Below are positions 1-10,843 of a stretch of DNA of 57,676 nt, piece by piece; positions within the stretch are counted from its first letter, which is position 1, and each line of letters begins with the position of its first letter. A model generated the notes under the pieces. That model saw nothing but the letters and a program-made list of their open reading frames with translations, was not told the DNA's origin and did not search any database. Origin of the DNA: Planctomycetota bacterium (lineage in GTDB: Bacteria > Planctomycetota > JAFGQW01); contig JAFGQW010000141.1 in the NCBI GenBank assembly GCA_016935485.1, forward strand, positions 1 through 57,676. Reading direction: 5' to 3'. Both the position numbers and the translations under genes were made by a program.

Positions 1-1
1 C

Positions 2-298
2 TGGCCGGGCAACGTGCGCGAGCTCGAGAACGCGGTGCAGCGCGCGATCGCGCTCGCGGGAGACAGCCGGGAGCTCCGCCGCGAGCACCTCGTGCCGCCG
101 AGCCCCGACTTCCGCAAGGGGATGGCGGTACCGCGCGCCGACGCCCCGCTCAAGGACGTCGTGGCGGCCGCGGAGCGCGAGCACATCCAGCGGGTCCTCA
201 AGACCACCGGCGGCCACAAGGCGCAGGCCGCCTCGCTGCTCGGCATCAGCCGCAAGAACCTCTGGGAGAAGATGAAGGAGTACGGCCTGGAGGGGTAG
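2..298 (+). CDS. sigma-54-dependent (NtrC/Fis-family) transcriptional regulator, C-terminal fragment; 5' end lies outside the window
   Basis: The frame is open from the window edge. It reads WPGNVRELENAVQRA (end of the sigma54-interaction AAA+ domain), then a Fis-type HTH: HKAQAASLLGISRKNLWEKMKEYGL. Confidence 0.85.
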   Translation, partial: WPGNVRELENAVQRAIALAGDSRELRREHLVPPSPDFRKGMAVPRADAPLKDVVAAAEREHIQRVLKTTGGHKAQAASLLGISRKNLWEKMKEYGLEG

Positions 299-310
299 GC
301 GACAGACGAC

Positions 311-2233
311 GTGGTTCTCTTCGATCTCGCAAGCGCACGGCGCGGGGCGGCCGCCCTGGTGTGCGCCGTGGCGCTCGGCGCGGCGGCGCCGTGCCAGGAC
401 CCGGGCGAGGCGCCGGCCGTCTGGGACCGCTACCAGGTGTTTCTCTGGACGTTCGGCGACCGCGCCCTCGACCCGGCGCTCCTCACGACGCTCCGCTCCC
501 TCCACGTCACCGGCCTCAATCGCGAGGGGACGGCGCCGGCCGCGGCGCTGCGCGCGGCGGGACTGGGGTTTTACGTCGGCGACGCCGCGGGCAAGGGCAT
601 CCTGCATCTCAGGGAACCGGACTTCCAGCCGCACTGGGACCGCTACTGGAAGGACCGCGATCCGCGCCACCTCGAGCGGCCCCACTGCCCGCGCGATCCG
701 GCGGTGATGCGGCGCCTGCTGGAACACGTCGACCGCGTGCTCGCCGCGCAGACGCCGCACCGCCCGGTGGCCTGCTCCTTCGGCGACGAGATCAGCATCA
801 CCCGCCGCCTGATCCCCCTCGACTTCTGCTTCTGCCCATACTGTCTGGCGGCGTTCCGGAGCTGGCTCCGGGAGCGCTACCGGACTCTCGAGGTGCTGAA
901 CCGGCAGTGGCGGACCGATTTCGAGGCGTGGGACGCCGTGGTCCCCTTCACGGCCGACCGGATCAAGCAGCGCGAGCGCCGGATGGCGCCGGCAGCGTAC
1001 GCCCTGGGACCGTGGGCCGACCACCGGGCGTTCATGGACGAGACGCTGGCCTGGACCCTGGAGGCGCTCCGCGCCCGCGCGCGCGAGCGCGGGGTGGCCG
1101 CACCGGTCGGGTTCCTCGGCGGGCAGGCGCCGTCCGCCTACGGAGGCTACGACTGGGGACGGCTGCTGGCGGCGGTCGACTGGGTGGAGGCCTACGACCA
1201 GGGCGGCGCGATGGAGGTGGTGCGGGGACTCGGGCCCGACGTGATCCGGGTCCGCACCTACTTCCCGGCGGGCCGCGGCGAAGGGGCCAATCGCCACCGA
1301 CTCTGGAAGTACTTCGCGCACGGCGACCGCGGCGCGATTCTCTGGTCGGACCGCGAGGTGCTCGATGCCGACGGCCGCCCCACGGCCTATGCGCTGGGGC
1401 TTGAGAGCGCGCTGGCGGCGCTGACCTCCGCCGCGGCCCGCCGCATCGTCGCGCTCCCGGTCGCCGACGACGGCGTGGCGCTCTACTACTCGCAGGCGAG
1501 CATCCGCGCGGGCTGGATGGCGGACTCGCGTCGGGACGGGCCCACGTGGATGAAGCGGTTCGGTTCCTACGAGGTGGCGCACGCGACCCAGATGCGCCGA
1601 CGGCGCGCCTGGCACCGGCTGCTCGAGGACGCCGGGGTGCAGTACCGCTACGTGGATGCGCGCGCGGTCGCCGCCGGCCGCGGGCTCGACGGCGTGCGCC
1701 TGCTGGTGCTCGCCGGAGTGAGCACGATCGACCCGGCGGAGGAGGCGGCGCTCCGGGCCTACCTCGAGCGGGGCGGGCGCATTCTCGCCGACAGGGTGGG
1801 CGCCGCCCTCGGCGCCCTGCTCGCGCATCGGCGCGCCGCGATCCTCGAGGCTCCGGTGCTGCGCTATCTCACGGAGCTCGAGCGCGGCGGCCATCTCCCG
1901 GCGGCCGTTGCGGAGGTCACCGCACACCTCGAGCGCGCGGGCATCGAGGCGCCCTGCCGGGCCCGGGCAACGGGTGCGAGCGCAGGGTGCTTCGAGGTGC
2001 TGCGCCGTCCGGCGCCCGACGGCGACTACTACTTCGTGCTGCGAAACCGCCTGCCCGAGGAGGAGGAGCGGCTTGACGCCGAGGCCTGGGAGCGGGAGGA
2101 TCCCGTGCGCGTGGAGTTTCCCGCACCGGTCCGCGCCCGGGAAGTGTTCGGGGCGGGCCGGTGGGAGGGCCGCACCCTCGAGCACCGCGTCCGGGCGGAC
2201 CGGCCGTGGGTGTTCTTCGTGGAGCGCGAGTGA
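311..2233 (+). CDS. GH42 (beta-galactosidase)-like protein with an N-terminal signal-like segment
   Basis: High-GC3 ORF with a GTG start. FCFCPYCLAAFRSWLRERYRTLEVLNRQWRTDFEAWD matches the Cys-cluster/LN..W block typical of GH42. The later LLVLAGVSTIDPAEEAALRAYLERGGRIL resembles the GH42 middle (trimerisation, GATase-like) domain. The N-terminus ARRGAAALVCAVALGAAAP looks like a signal peptide. Confidence 0.55.
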   Translation: MVLFDLASARRGAAALVCAVALGAAAPCQDPGEAPAVWDRYQVFLWTFGDRALDPALLTTLRSLHVTGLNREGTAPAAALRAAGLGFYVGDAAGKGILHLREPDFQPHWDRYWKDRDPRHLERPHCPRDPAVMRRLLEHVDRVLAAQTPHRPVACSFGDEISITRRLIPLDFCFCPYCLAAFRSWLRERYRTLEVLNRQWRTDFEAWDAVVPFTADRIKQRERRMAPAAYALGPWADHRAFMDETLAWTLEALRARARERGVAAPVGFLGGQAPSAYGGYDWGRLLAAVDWVEAYDQGGAMEVVRGLGPDVIRVRTYFPAGRGEGANRHRLWKYFAHGDRGAILWSDREVLDADGRPTAYALGLESALAALTSAAARRIVALPVADDGVALYYSQASIRAGWMADSRRDGPTWMKRFGSYEVAHATQMRRRRAWHRLLEDAGVQYRYVDARAVAAGRGLDGVRLLVLAGVSTIDPAEEAALRAYLERGGRILADRVGAALGALLAHRRAAILEAPVLRYLTELERGGHLPAAVAEVTAHLERAGIEAPCRARATGASAGCFEVLRRPAPDGDYYFVLRNRLPEEEERLDAEAWEREDPVRVEFPAPVRAREVFGAGRWEGRTLEHRVRADRPWVFFVERE

Positions 2234-2997
2234 GCCCGGATCGGTACGTCACGGCGGACCTGCACCTGCGGGGAGAGGCGTCCGAGCCGCCGTGGATCGG
2301 GTTTCGCAGCCTCTGCCGGCACGTCGCCGGCGAAGGGGCGCCCCTCTACGTGCTGGGCGACCTGTTCGACTACTGGGTGGGGCCGCGGCAAGCGCGCCTC
2401 GAGGGCTTCCGGCGGATCCTCGAGCTGATCGCCGCGACGGCCGCCCAGGCGCCGGTCCACATCCTGCGCGGCAACCGCGACTTCGCGATCGGCGCGGAGA
2501 TCGCGGCCATCCCGGGGGTAACCCTCCACGGCGACGATGTGGAGGTCCCCTGGGCCGGGCGCCGCGCGCTGCTGTCCCACGGCGATCTGCTCCTCGAGAA
2601 CGACCGCGCCTACCAGCGGATGCGGCGGGTGCTGCGCACGCCGCTCGTGCGCGGCGGCTTGCGCGTACTCCCACTGACCGTGAGCCTGCGGCTCGCCGGC
2701 GCGCTCCGGTCGCGGAGCACGGCCGCGGTGGCGCGCAAGCCGCACGAGGCGCTCGCGATCTCGTTTCCGAGGGTCCGCGCGCTGTTCCGGGACGGCGGCT
2801 ACGACGTGATCGTGGCCGGCCACGTGCACCGGCCCGCGGTGTACGTGGGCGAGCTGGGCGGCCGGCGGCGCCGCTTCCTCACGCTCGGCGCGTGGGGCGC
2901 GCGCGGCTGGGTGGTGCGGCTCGGCCCCGAGGGCACCGCGGAGCTCGGGCGCTTTCCCGCGGGCGGCACGCCGCCCGCGGAGCAGGCGCTGCCGTAG
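2230..2997 (+). CDS. lpxH: UDP-2,3-diacylglucosamine hydrolase (calcineurin-like metallophosphoesterase)
   Basis: Motifs present: ADLHL, YVLGDLFDYWVG, LRGNRDF, SHGDLL, AGHVHRP. The GTG start at 2230 overlaps the upstream stop (GTGA). The listed ORF start at 2161 is probably an upstream extension. Confidence 0.8.
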   Translation: MSPDRYVTADLHLRGEASEPPWIGFRSLCRHVAGEGAPLYVLGDLFDYWVGPRQARLEGFRRILELIAATAAQAPVHILRGNRDFAIGAEIAAIPGVTLHGDDVEVPWAGRRALLSHGDLLLENDRAYQRMRRVLRTPLVRGGLRVLPLTVSLRLAGALRSRSTAAVARKPHEALAISFPRVRALFRDGGYDVIVAGHVHRPAVYVGELGGRRRRFLTLGAWGARGWVVRLGPEGTAELGRFPAGGTPPAEQALP

Positions 2998-3032
2998 CGC
3001 GCTCCGCGTCTGGCCTTTCTCCCGGATCGGTC

Positions 3033-3038
3033 TACAAT
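3033..3038 (+). promoter_or_regulatory. candidate -10 box TACAAT upstream of rpsA
   Basis: cTACAAT lies in a locally GC-poor patch about 115 nt upstream of the rpsA ATG. The same cTACAAT motif recurs at 17541 and 30681. No convincing -35 box. Confidence 0.3.
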
Positions 3039-3151
3039 TCGGGTTGCGCCCGGCCCAAACCAAAGCCGGGACGCCGGTGCCGTGCGGGGCGGCACCTCCG
3101 GGCACGCGCCCGGAGACGAACCGGGATCTGGAACCAGGAGTGTCTCGTCTC

Positions 3152-5047
<1,896 letters not shown>

Positions 5048-5059
5048 TCGGTCGACTGT

Positions 5060-5083
5060 CCCCGCGGCGCGACGGCGCCGCGG
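5060..5083 (+). terminator. perfect 10-bp GC hairpin between rpsA and the next gene (no U-tract)
   Basis: cccgcggcgc-gacg-gcgccgcggg, 13 nt after the rpsA stop. The function (terminator, attenuator or processing site) is inferred only. Confidence 0.3.
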
Positions 5084-5103
5084 GTGCCGGGAAGTGCCTG
5101 CAC

Positions 5104-6162
5104 ATGCCCACCACCGCCGATGCTCGGGAGCGCCGCCGCGGCCGCCGCGGGATCGTCCTCGCGCTGGTCGTGTCGGTGCTCGCCGGATGCGCCTCGGAGC
5201 GGCCCGAGACCGCCGGGCCGCCGGTCCTGCGCAAGGTCCAGCCCGATCCCCCCGAACTGACGCGCTCCCGGATCGGGCAGGCCGAGGCGTTGGCGGCGGC
5301 CGGCGACTTCGACGCGGCGCTCGCGATGCTCGCCCAGGCGCTGGCCGGGGCCGGCGACAACCGCTTGCGCGCCGAGATCCAGGAGGAACGCCTGCGCCTG
5401 AAGCAGCAGGCGCTCGTGGAGGTGATCTCGGGCGCGCTCACCGCCGCCCGGGACCGGATCGTCGCCGGCGAGAAGCTCGCCCTCACGCTCACGCTGCACA
5501 ACCGCGCGGGGGTCGACCTCGTGATCCCGCATATCGACTTCCGCCGCCGGCTGCTCGTGTTCCGCGAGGAGGTGGGGCGCTCGGTCATCGATCTCAAGTT
5601 CGAGCTCGACGAGTTCGATGCCCTCGGCTCCCACCGCGAGGAGTACTTCCACGGTTTCGTGGAGCCCGCGGGAGACATCCGCGTCGATCCGGGCGGGGTC
5701 TGGTCGGAGCAGTTCCTGATCGATCCCGAGGCGGCGCGGCGCCAGACCGCGTTCACCGCCCGGCTGACCGCCGCCTGCCTCAAGCGCGTGCGCATTGGCG
5801 GCTGGATCCGGCCGGTGGAGGTGCGGCTGGGGGGGAAGGAGTGGTTCAGCGCCATCCCGCTGCGCGCCATCACCGTCTACGTGCTCCCGCGGGGCTCGGA
5901 GCCGATGTTCGAGGCCCCGCTGCGCCACCTGGAGTTGGCGCTCCAGCGGGCGCCCGGCGAACCACGTTTCTTGCCCCACGTGCTGGCCGCCGCGAGCCTG
6001 CTCGCCGGGGCGGACCGGGAGCGCGGCCGGGAAGCGCTGCTGGCGTGCCAGGAGCGCGGCGCGCCGCTGCTGCGGCCTGCGGTGAAGCGAGCGCTCGCGC
6101 TGTTCTGGCCCGAAACGTCGCCGGAGCCCTTCGTCGGCCCCGCCGACATCACCTTCAAATGA
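5104..6162 (+). CDS. hypothetical lipoprotein
   Basis: MPTTADARERRRGRRGIVLALVVSVLAGC carries the lipobox LAGC. High GC3. I recognise no domain. The stop overlaps the tyrS ATG (ATGA). Confidence 0.7.
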   Translation: MPTTADARERRRGRRGIVLALVVSVLAGCASERPETAGPPVLRKVQPDPPELTRSRIGQAEALAAAGDFDAALAMLAQALAGAGDNRLRAEIQEERLRLKQQALVEVISGALTAARDRIVAGEKLALTLTLHNRAGVDLVIPHIDFRRRLLVFREEVGRSVIDLKFELDEFDALGSHREEYFHGFVEPAGDIRVDPGGVWSEQFLIDPEAARRQTAFTARLTAACLKRVRIGGWIRPVEVRLGGKEWFSAIPLRAITVYVLPRGSEPMFEAPLRHLELALQRAPGEPRFLPHVLAAASLLAGADRERGREALLACQERGAPLLRPAVKRALALFWPETSPEPFVGPADITFK

Positions 6163-7493
6163 ACGATCGAGACCGTCCCGCCGCGATGCCGATGACTCCA
6201 AGCGGGCAGGCCGGGGCGGTGCCGGCCGGCCCGGGCCGGCCCCGGGCGCTGGAGAACAGGAGCGAGGACGCCGTGGATTTCCGCGACATCCCGGTCGACG
6301 AGCAGCTCGCCCGCCTCAGGCGCGGCGTGGTGGACCTGGTGCACGAGAATGAGCTCCGCGCGCGGCTCGAGCGGGCGCAGCGGACGGGGCAGTCGCTCCG
6401 CATCAAGCTCGGCATGGACCCGACGGGTCACGATCTGCACCTCGGGCACACCGTCGTACTGCGCAAGCTCCGCACGTTCCAGGATCTCGGCCACCAGGCG
6501 GTGCTGATCATCGGCGATGCCACGGCGCGGGTCGGCGACCCTAGCGGCCGGGACCGGACCCGCCCGGTGCTCACCGCGGAGGCCGTGACGGCGTTTGCCG
6601 CGGGCTGGATGGCGCAGGTGCGCAAGGTCCTCGACGTGGCGGCGCTCGAGGTGCGGCACAACAGCGAGTTCTTCGCGCCCATGCGCTTTCAGGACTTCCT
6701 CGAGCTGTGCGGCCGCATGACCGTCGCGCAGATGCTCGAGCGCAACGATTTCGGCGCGCGCTACCGCCGCGGCGACCCGATCGGCATCCACGAGTTCCTC
6801 TACCCGCTGATGCAGGGCTGGGACAGCGTGTGCGTCCGGGCCGACGTCGAGCTCGGCGGCACCGACCAGCTCTTCAACCTGCACGTCGGGCGCGATTTCC
6901 AGCAGGCCGAGGGGCAGGAACCGCAGGTGCTGCTCACGACGCCGATCGTGGAGGGCACGGACGGCACGCGCAAGATGTCCAAGACCTACGACAACGCCAT
7001 CGGGATCGATGAGCCTCCCGGGGAGATCTTCGGCAAGCTCATGTCCATTCCCGACGCGCTGATGGAGAAGTACTTCGTCCACTTCACCGACCTTCCGGAG
7101 GAGGACATCCGGGCGCTGCTCGCCGGGCATCCCCGCCACGCCAAGGCGCGACTCGGCCGCGAGGTGGCCGCCTGGCTCCACTCGCCCGCCGCCGCCGCGG
7201 AGGCCGAGCATCGGTTCGACGAGGTGTTCGCGCACGGCCACCTTCCGGACGACATGCCAGCCGTTGTGCTCTCCCGGACGGGACTCGCGGACGGCCGCAT
7301 CTGGATCGTCGAGCTGCTGCGACGCGCCGGCCTCGTCGCCAGCGGCGGCGAGGCGCGCCGTCTCGTCCGGCAGGGGGCCGTCTCGCTGGACGGCGAGCGC
7401 CTCGCGGACCCGGATGCAGAGGTCGCGGTGCGCACGGGAGCGGTACTCCGGGTGGGCAAGCGCCGCTTCGCGAGGGTACAGTTGGGTGAGTGA
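6159..7493 (+). CDS. tyrS: tyrosine--tRNA ligase (type 2, with C-terminal S4 domain)
   Basis: HIGH-type motif HLGH, KMSKT motif, and an S4-like tail WIVELLRRAGLVASGGEARRLVRQGAVSLDGERL. An alternative in-frame GTG at 6273, preceded by aggagcgagga, would remove an approximately 38-aa N-terminal extension. Confidence 0.9.
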   Translation: MNDRDRPAAMPMTPSGQAGAVPAGPGRPRALENRSEDAVDFRDIPVDEQLARLRRGVVDLVHENELRARLERAQRTGQSLRIKLGMDPTGHDLHLGHTVVLRKLRTFQDLGHQAVLIIGDATARVGDPSGRDRTRPVLTAEAVTAFAAGWMAQVRKVLDVAALEVRHNSEFFAPMRFQDFLELCGRMTVAQMLERNDFGARYRRGDPIGIHEFLYPLMQGWDSVCVRADVELGGTDQLFNLHVGRDFQQAEGQEPQVLLTTPIVEGTDGTRKMSKTYDNAIGIDEPPGEIFGKLMSIPDALMEKYFVHFTDLPEEDIRALLAGHPRHAKARLGREVAAWLHSPAAAAEAEHRFDEVFAHGHLPDDMPAVVLSRTGLADGRIWIVELLRRAGLVASGGEARRLVRQGAVSLDGERLADPDAEVAVRTGAVLRVGKRRFARVQLGE

Positions 7494-7550
7494 CGCGGGC
7501 GCCCGGCGCGGGGCGTCCCGGCCGGTGTGGTTTCCGGGAGGAAGGCGTCC

Positions 7551-8828
7551 ATGTCGGAGCGGCAGGCCGGCTCGACGCGGCGGCGTGCGGCGGGGCAGCG
7601 CCCGGCCGGGTGGCTCGCCTGCGTCCTGGCCGGAGCGCTGCTGGCCGGCGCGGCGGCCGCTGCGGAGCGGCCCGAGGCCGGCGACCGCGAGATCCGCTCG
7701 CGCTTGAGCTCGAGGTTCCTGCGGGAGCGCGAGGACGCGCTCGCCGGGTTGCTCGCGCGCGGCCCGGAGGCCGTGCCGGAGCTTCTTCGCTTGCTTAGCG
7801 ACGAGGACCACCGCGTGCGGGACCTGGCGATCCGCGGCCTGGGGCAGATCGGGCAGACCGAGGCGCGCGACGCGCTGCTGGCCCGCATCGGCGAGGAGAA
7901 GGACCCGCGGCTCCTCGACGGGATTGCCAGGGCGCTGGTCGGCTACGCGCCCCAGACCTGGCCGGCGGTTCGCGCGCGTGCGCGCGCGCCCGAGGCGGGC
8001 CCCGCGGAGCAGCGGGTCCTGGAGCGCTTCCTCTGGGAGTACGTGGTCCATCTGATCCACCGGATCCTGGGCGAGAACACCGACGCGAGCGGGGAGTTCA
8101 AGGGGTTCTACGACGGGCAGTTCGAGGCGGTCGCCGCGATCGGGCCGGAAGCGGCGGACGTGCTGCTGCGGATGGTGCTCGACGGGGAGCGGTTCCCGAT
8201 CTCGGTGCGGCAGTTCGCCGTCCGCGCCATGGCCGAGGCGGGCGACGCGAGCCACATCCCGGTGCTGCGCCGTTTTCACGACGATCTGGCCGGGGGCATG
8301 TCGCCGGAGGACCTCTTCCGGAGCAGCGACCGGGATCCCGAGCGACAGCTGGTCATCTTCGCGCGGCGGGTTCTCGCGCGGCTCGGCGATTCCGAGCCCT
8401 GTCGGGACCGCATCGCCTGGCTCGAGCGGCGGTTCACGGACTTCGAGGGCCTGCTGGAGCAGCGGGCCGGCTACTATCAGTACGAGCTGGCCTACGAGTG
8501 GCATCAGATGCGGGACTACTCCCGGGCGCTCGAGGCGTACCAGCGCTACCTCGCGCACTACCCGGCGGAGAAGCTCACGCTGTGGAACAGCCGCCACTAC
8601 GCGTGGTACAACATGAGCTGCATCGCCGCGAAGCTCGGCCATCGTGAGCAAGCGCTGGAGTATCTCGCCCGCGCCTTCGACGAGAACTACACCGACTTCC
8701 TGTGGCTCGAGCTGGATCGGGATCTGGACAACATCCGCGGGCTGCCGGAGTACCAGGCGCTCGTCCGGCGCCAGAAGGCGCGGTTCCTCGCGCCGGCTTC
8801 CGGGGAGACGCCGGCCGGGGAGCGGTGA
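7551..8828 (+). CDS. secreted HEAT-repeat (PBS-lyase type) protein with a TPR-like C-terminus
   Basis: The ATG at 7551 follows gggaggaagg. Signal-like WLACVLAGALLAGAAAAA. HEAT repeat: VPELLRLLSDEDHRVRDLAIRGLGQIGQTEARDALL. C-terminal YSRALEAYQRYLAHYP and HREQALEYLARAF are TPR-like. Confidence 0.75.
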   Translation: MSERQAGSTRRRAAGQRPAGWLACVLAGALLAGAAAAAERPEAGDREIRSRLSSRFLREREDALAGLLARGPEAVPELLRLLSDEDHRVRDLAIRGLGQIGQTEARDALLARIGEEKDPRLLDGIARALVGYAPQTWPAVRARARAPEAGPAEQRVLERFLWEYVVHLIHRILGENTDASGEFKGFYDGQFEAVAAIGPEAADVLLRMVLDGERFPISVRQFAVRAMAEAGDASHIPVLRRFHDDLAGGMSPEDLFRSSDRDPERQLVIFARRVLARLGDSEPCRDRIAWLERRFTDFEGLLEQRAGYYQYELAYEWHQMRDYSRALEAYQRYLAHYPAEKLTLWNSRHYAWYNMSCIAAKLGHREQALEYLARAFDENYTDFLWLELDRDLDNIRGLPEYQALVRRQKARFLAPASGETPAGER

Positions 8829-8830
8829 GC

Positions 8831-8964
8831 GTGCGGGTGTCGCGCGCGAAGGGCGCGCGCTCAGGTGGCGCGGGCGGACTGCGCCCGCGGGGGTGCGGGT
8901 GCGGGTGTCGCGCGCGAAGGGCGCGCGCTCAGGTGGCGCGGGCGGACTGCGCCCGCGGGGGTGA
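8831..8964. repeat. tandem direct repeat, 2 x 68 bp (about 66 nt identical)
   Basis: gtgcgggtgtcgcgcgcgaagggcgcgcgctcaggtggcgcgggcggactgcgcccgcggggg occurs at 8831 and again at 8899. Each copy contains short GC hairpins (gcgggc..gcccgc). It starts 3 nt after the stop of the upstream + gene. Confidence 0.9.
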
Positions 8965-8968
8965 CGAC

Positions 8969-9080
8969 CGGGGTCTGACGCCGTTCCCGTTTCAGTGCGA
9001 ACTGTGCCCGCAGGACATGCTCCGGGAACGGGGTCTGACCCCGTGCCCTGGTCAGACCCCGTGCCCTGGTCAGGGAACGA
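8969..9080. repeat. composite inverted/direct repeat block, including 2 x 18-bp tandem gaccccgtgccctggtca
   Basis: ggggtctgac(g/c)cc occurs at 8970 and 9030, flanking the inverted pair gttccc(8983)/gggaac(9024). The 18-bp unit is repeated at 9037-9054 and 9055-9072. ggtctgac(9032)/gtcagacc(9051) can form an 8-bp stem. The block abuts the stop codon (9070-9072) of the convergent methyltransferase gene. Confidence 0.85.
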
Positions 9081-9723
9081 CGCCCTCGACGAGCACCTGC
9101 GAGCTGAAGAGCTTTCCCTTGCAGAACATGCCGTGCTCGCGCCACAGCGGACGCACGTTCCGGAACCCGGCCTCCTCGGTCAGGCGGACGAGATCCACGG
9201 TGCGGTAGTAGCGCACATGCCCGCGCTCCAGCACCCGGAGCACCCTGTCGTAGAGCCAGATCGGCAGGTAGGTCGTGCACGACTCGAGCAGCAGCAGCCG
9301 CCCTCCCGGCCTGAGCAGCCGGCGCCAGGAGCGGAGCACCGCAAGGGGATCGCGGTAGTGGTGGAAGCTCGCGGTGCAGGTGACGCAATCGAAAGAGGCC
9401 GGCGCAAAGGGCAGAGCGCCCGCGTCCGCCTGCACGAAGCCGATCGCCTCCTGCCCCTCCTGCCGCGCCGTCTCCCGGGCACGCGCGAGCATGCCGCGGG
9501 AGAGGTCCGCTCCCGCAAGGCGGCACGCGGCCAGTCGCCGCGCCGCCCTCCGGAGCAGCCACCCGGTTCCGCACCCCACGTCGAGAAGCTCCCGGCCGCC
9601 GATCTCCGCGACGCGGTCCACGACGCGCGTCTGGTAGTGCTGGAACCAGGTGCTCATCCGGTCGCGCTCGAAGGTGGCGGACCAGCGGTCGAAGAACGCG
9701 CCGCCCCGACTCGGATCGGCCAC
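9070..9723 (-). CDS. class I SAM-dependent methyltransferase (Methyltransf_11-like)
   Basis: LLDVGCGTGWLL (motif I), LRPGGRLLLLE, FDRWSATFERD at the N-terminus. The start is taken at the in-frame GTG at 9723. The listed 617-aa ORF is an upstream read-through. Confidence 0.8.
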   Translation of the reverse strand: MADPSRGGAFFDRWSATFERDRMSTWFQHYQTRVVDRVAEIGGRELLDVGCGTGWLLRRAARRLAACRLAGADLSRGMLARARETARQEGQEAIGFVQADAGALPFAPASFDCVTCTASFHHYRDPLAVLRSWRRLLRPGGRLLLLESCTTYLPIWLYDRVLRVLERGHVRYYRTVDLVRLTEEAGFRNVRPLWREHGMFCKGKLFSSQVLVEGVVP

Positions 9724-9740
9724 CGCTCGCGCTTCCTCTC

Positions 9741-10793
9741 TCAGCTCAGGTCCGCGCCGCGGGCATCGCCGCCCGCGCACGGATCTGGATCCGAGCGACC
9801 GCCGCCCGCCGCGCGGAGCGCCTCGGCGGTCCGGCGGATGCCTTCCCGCCAGCCGACCGCGGGCTCGAAGCCCACGATCCGCCGGATCTTCCCGGGGTCG
9901 AAGACGGTCGCGTTCGTGTAGAACTTGAGGCTGCGGCGACTGAACGGCGGCTCGCGGCACGTGAGCCACCCCGCGAGCTCCATGCCGAACCCGGCGAGCC
10001 ACATCGCGGCAACCGGCCAGCCAAGCCGCGGCGGCGGCACGCCCTGGGCCGCAGCGATCGCGTCCACCCACTCGCGGACGGTCGGCGCCTCGCCCGAGAC
10101 GAGCAGGAAGGTCTCCCCCGCAGCCGCGGGGTGCGTGCCGAGCGAATCGAGCCCGCGCGTGGCGTCGTCGATGTAGAGGCCGTCGCGCCGGGGGCGGCCG
10201 CGGCCGATCATGGGGAAGCGGCGCTTGCCGATGGCCGCGAAGATCTTGCCGGTCCGCCGGCATCCCGGCCCGTAGACCCAGGAAGGACGGGCGATGACGA
10301 GCTCGATCCCGCGAGCCGCGGCGGTTTCCCGCGCCGCACGCTCGCCCTCGAGCTTGGTCCGCTCGTAGGCGATCGTGGGGGCGGTGGGGCTGTCTTCGGC
10401 GACGATCTCCCCGGCATGCCGCCCGTAGACGCCTACCGTGCTCACGTGAACGACGCGCGCCGCGCCGGCCGCCGCCGCGGCCTCGACGACCGTGCGCGTC
10501 CCGTCCACGTTGGTCCGCCGGTAGTGCCGCTCGCGGGCGCGCACCTCGAGATGGGCGCTCGCGAGATGGAACACCCGGGCGCACCCGGCGCACGCCCGCG
10601 CCAGCGCCCCGGAATCCAGAATGCTCCCCGCGAGGCGCTCGCCCGCCGGCGCGAGGTCCGAGGGCAGCGGCACGGGGTGAGCCCGGTCGAGCGAGCGCAC
10701 CCGCCGCCCGCGCCGGAGCTGATCGACCACGAGAGCGTGGCCGATGAAGCCGCCGCCGCCGGTCACCAGCACGCGCTCGTCTCTTCCGGCCAT
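9741..10793 (-). CDS. NAD-dependent epimerase/dehydratase family protein
   Basis: MAGRDERVLVTGGGGFIGHALV (Rossmann GxxGxxG), YERTKLEGE (YxxxK), VIARPSWVYGPG. ATG at 10793. Confidence 0.85.
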   Translation of the reverse strand: MAGRDERVLVTGGGGFIGHALVVDQLRRGRRVRSLDRAHPVPLPSDLAPAGERLAGSILDSGALARACAGCARVFHLASAHLEVRARERHYRRTNVDGTRTVVEAAAAAGAARVVHVSTVGVYGRHAGEIVAEDSPTAPTIAYERTKLEGERAARETAAARGIELVIARPSWVYGPGCRRTGKIFAAIGKRRFPMIGRGRPRRDGLYIDDATRGLDSLGTHPAAAGETFLLVSGEAPTVREWVDAIAAAQGVPPPRLGWPVAAMWLAGFGMELAGWLTCREPPFSRRSLKFYTNATVFDPGKIRRIVGFEPAVGWREGIRRTAEALRAAGGGRSDPDPCAGGDARGADLS

Positions 10794-10843
10794 GTCGCGC
10801 TCGCGCCTCGTGTCGATCCAGCCGCCCGCCGCAGGGCCACGCG

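Noticed and set aside
8831-8964. Possible CRISPR array
   Set aside because: There are only two directly abutting 68-bp copies with no unique spacers. No cas genes occur anywhere in the window.
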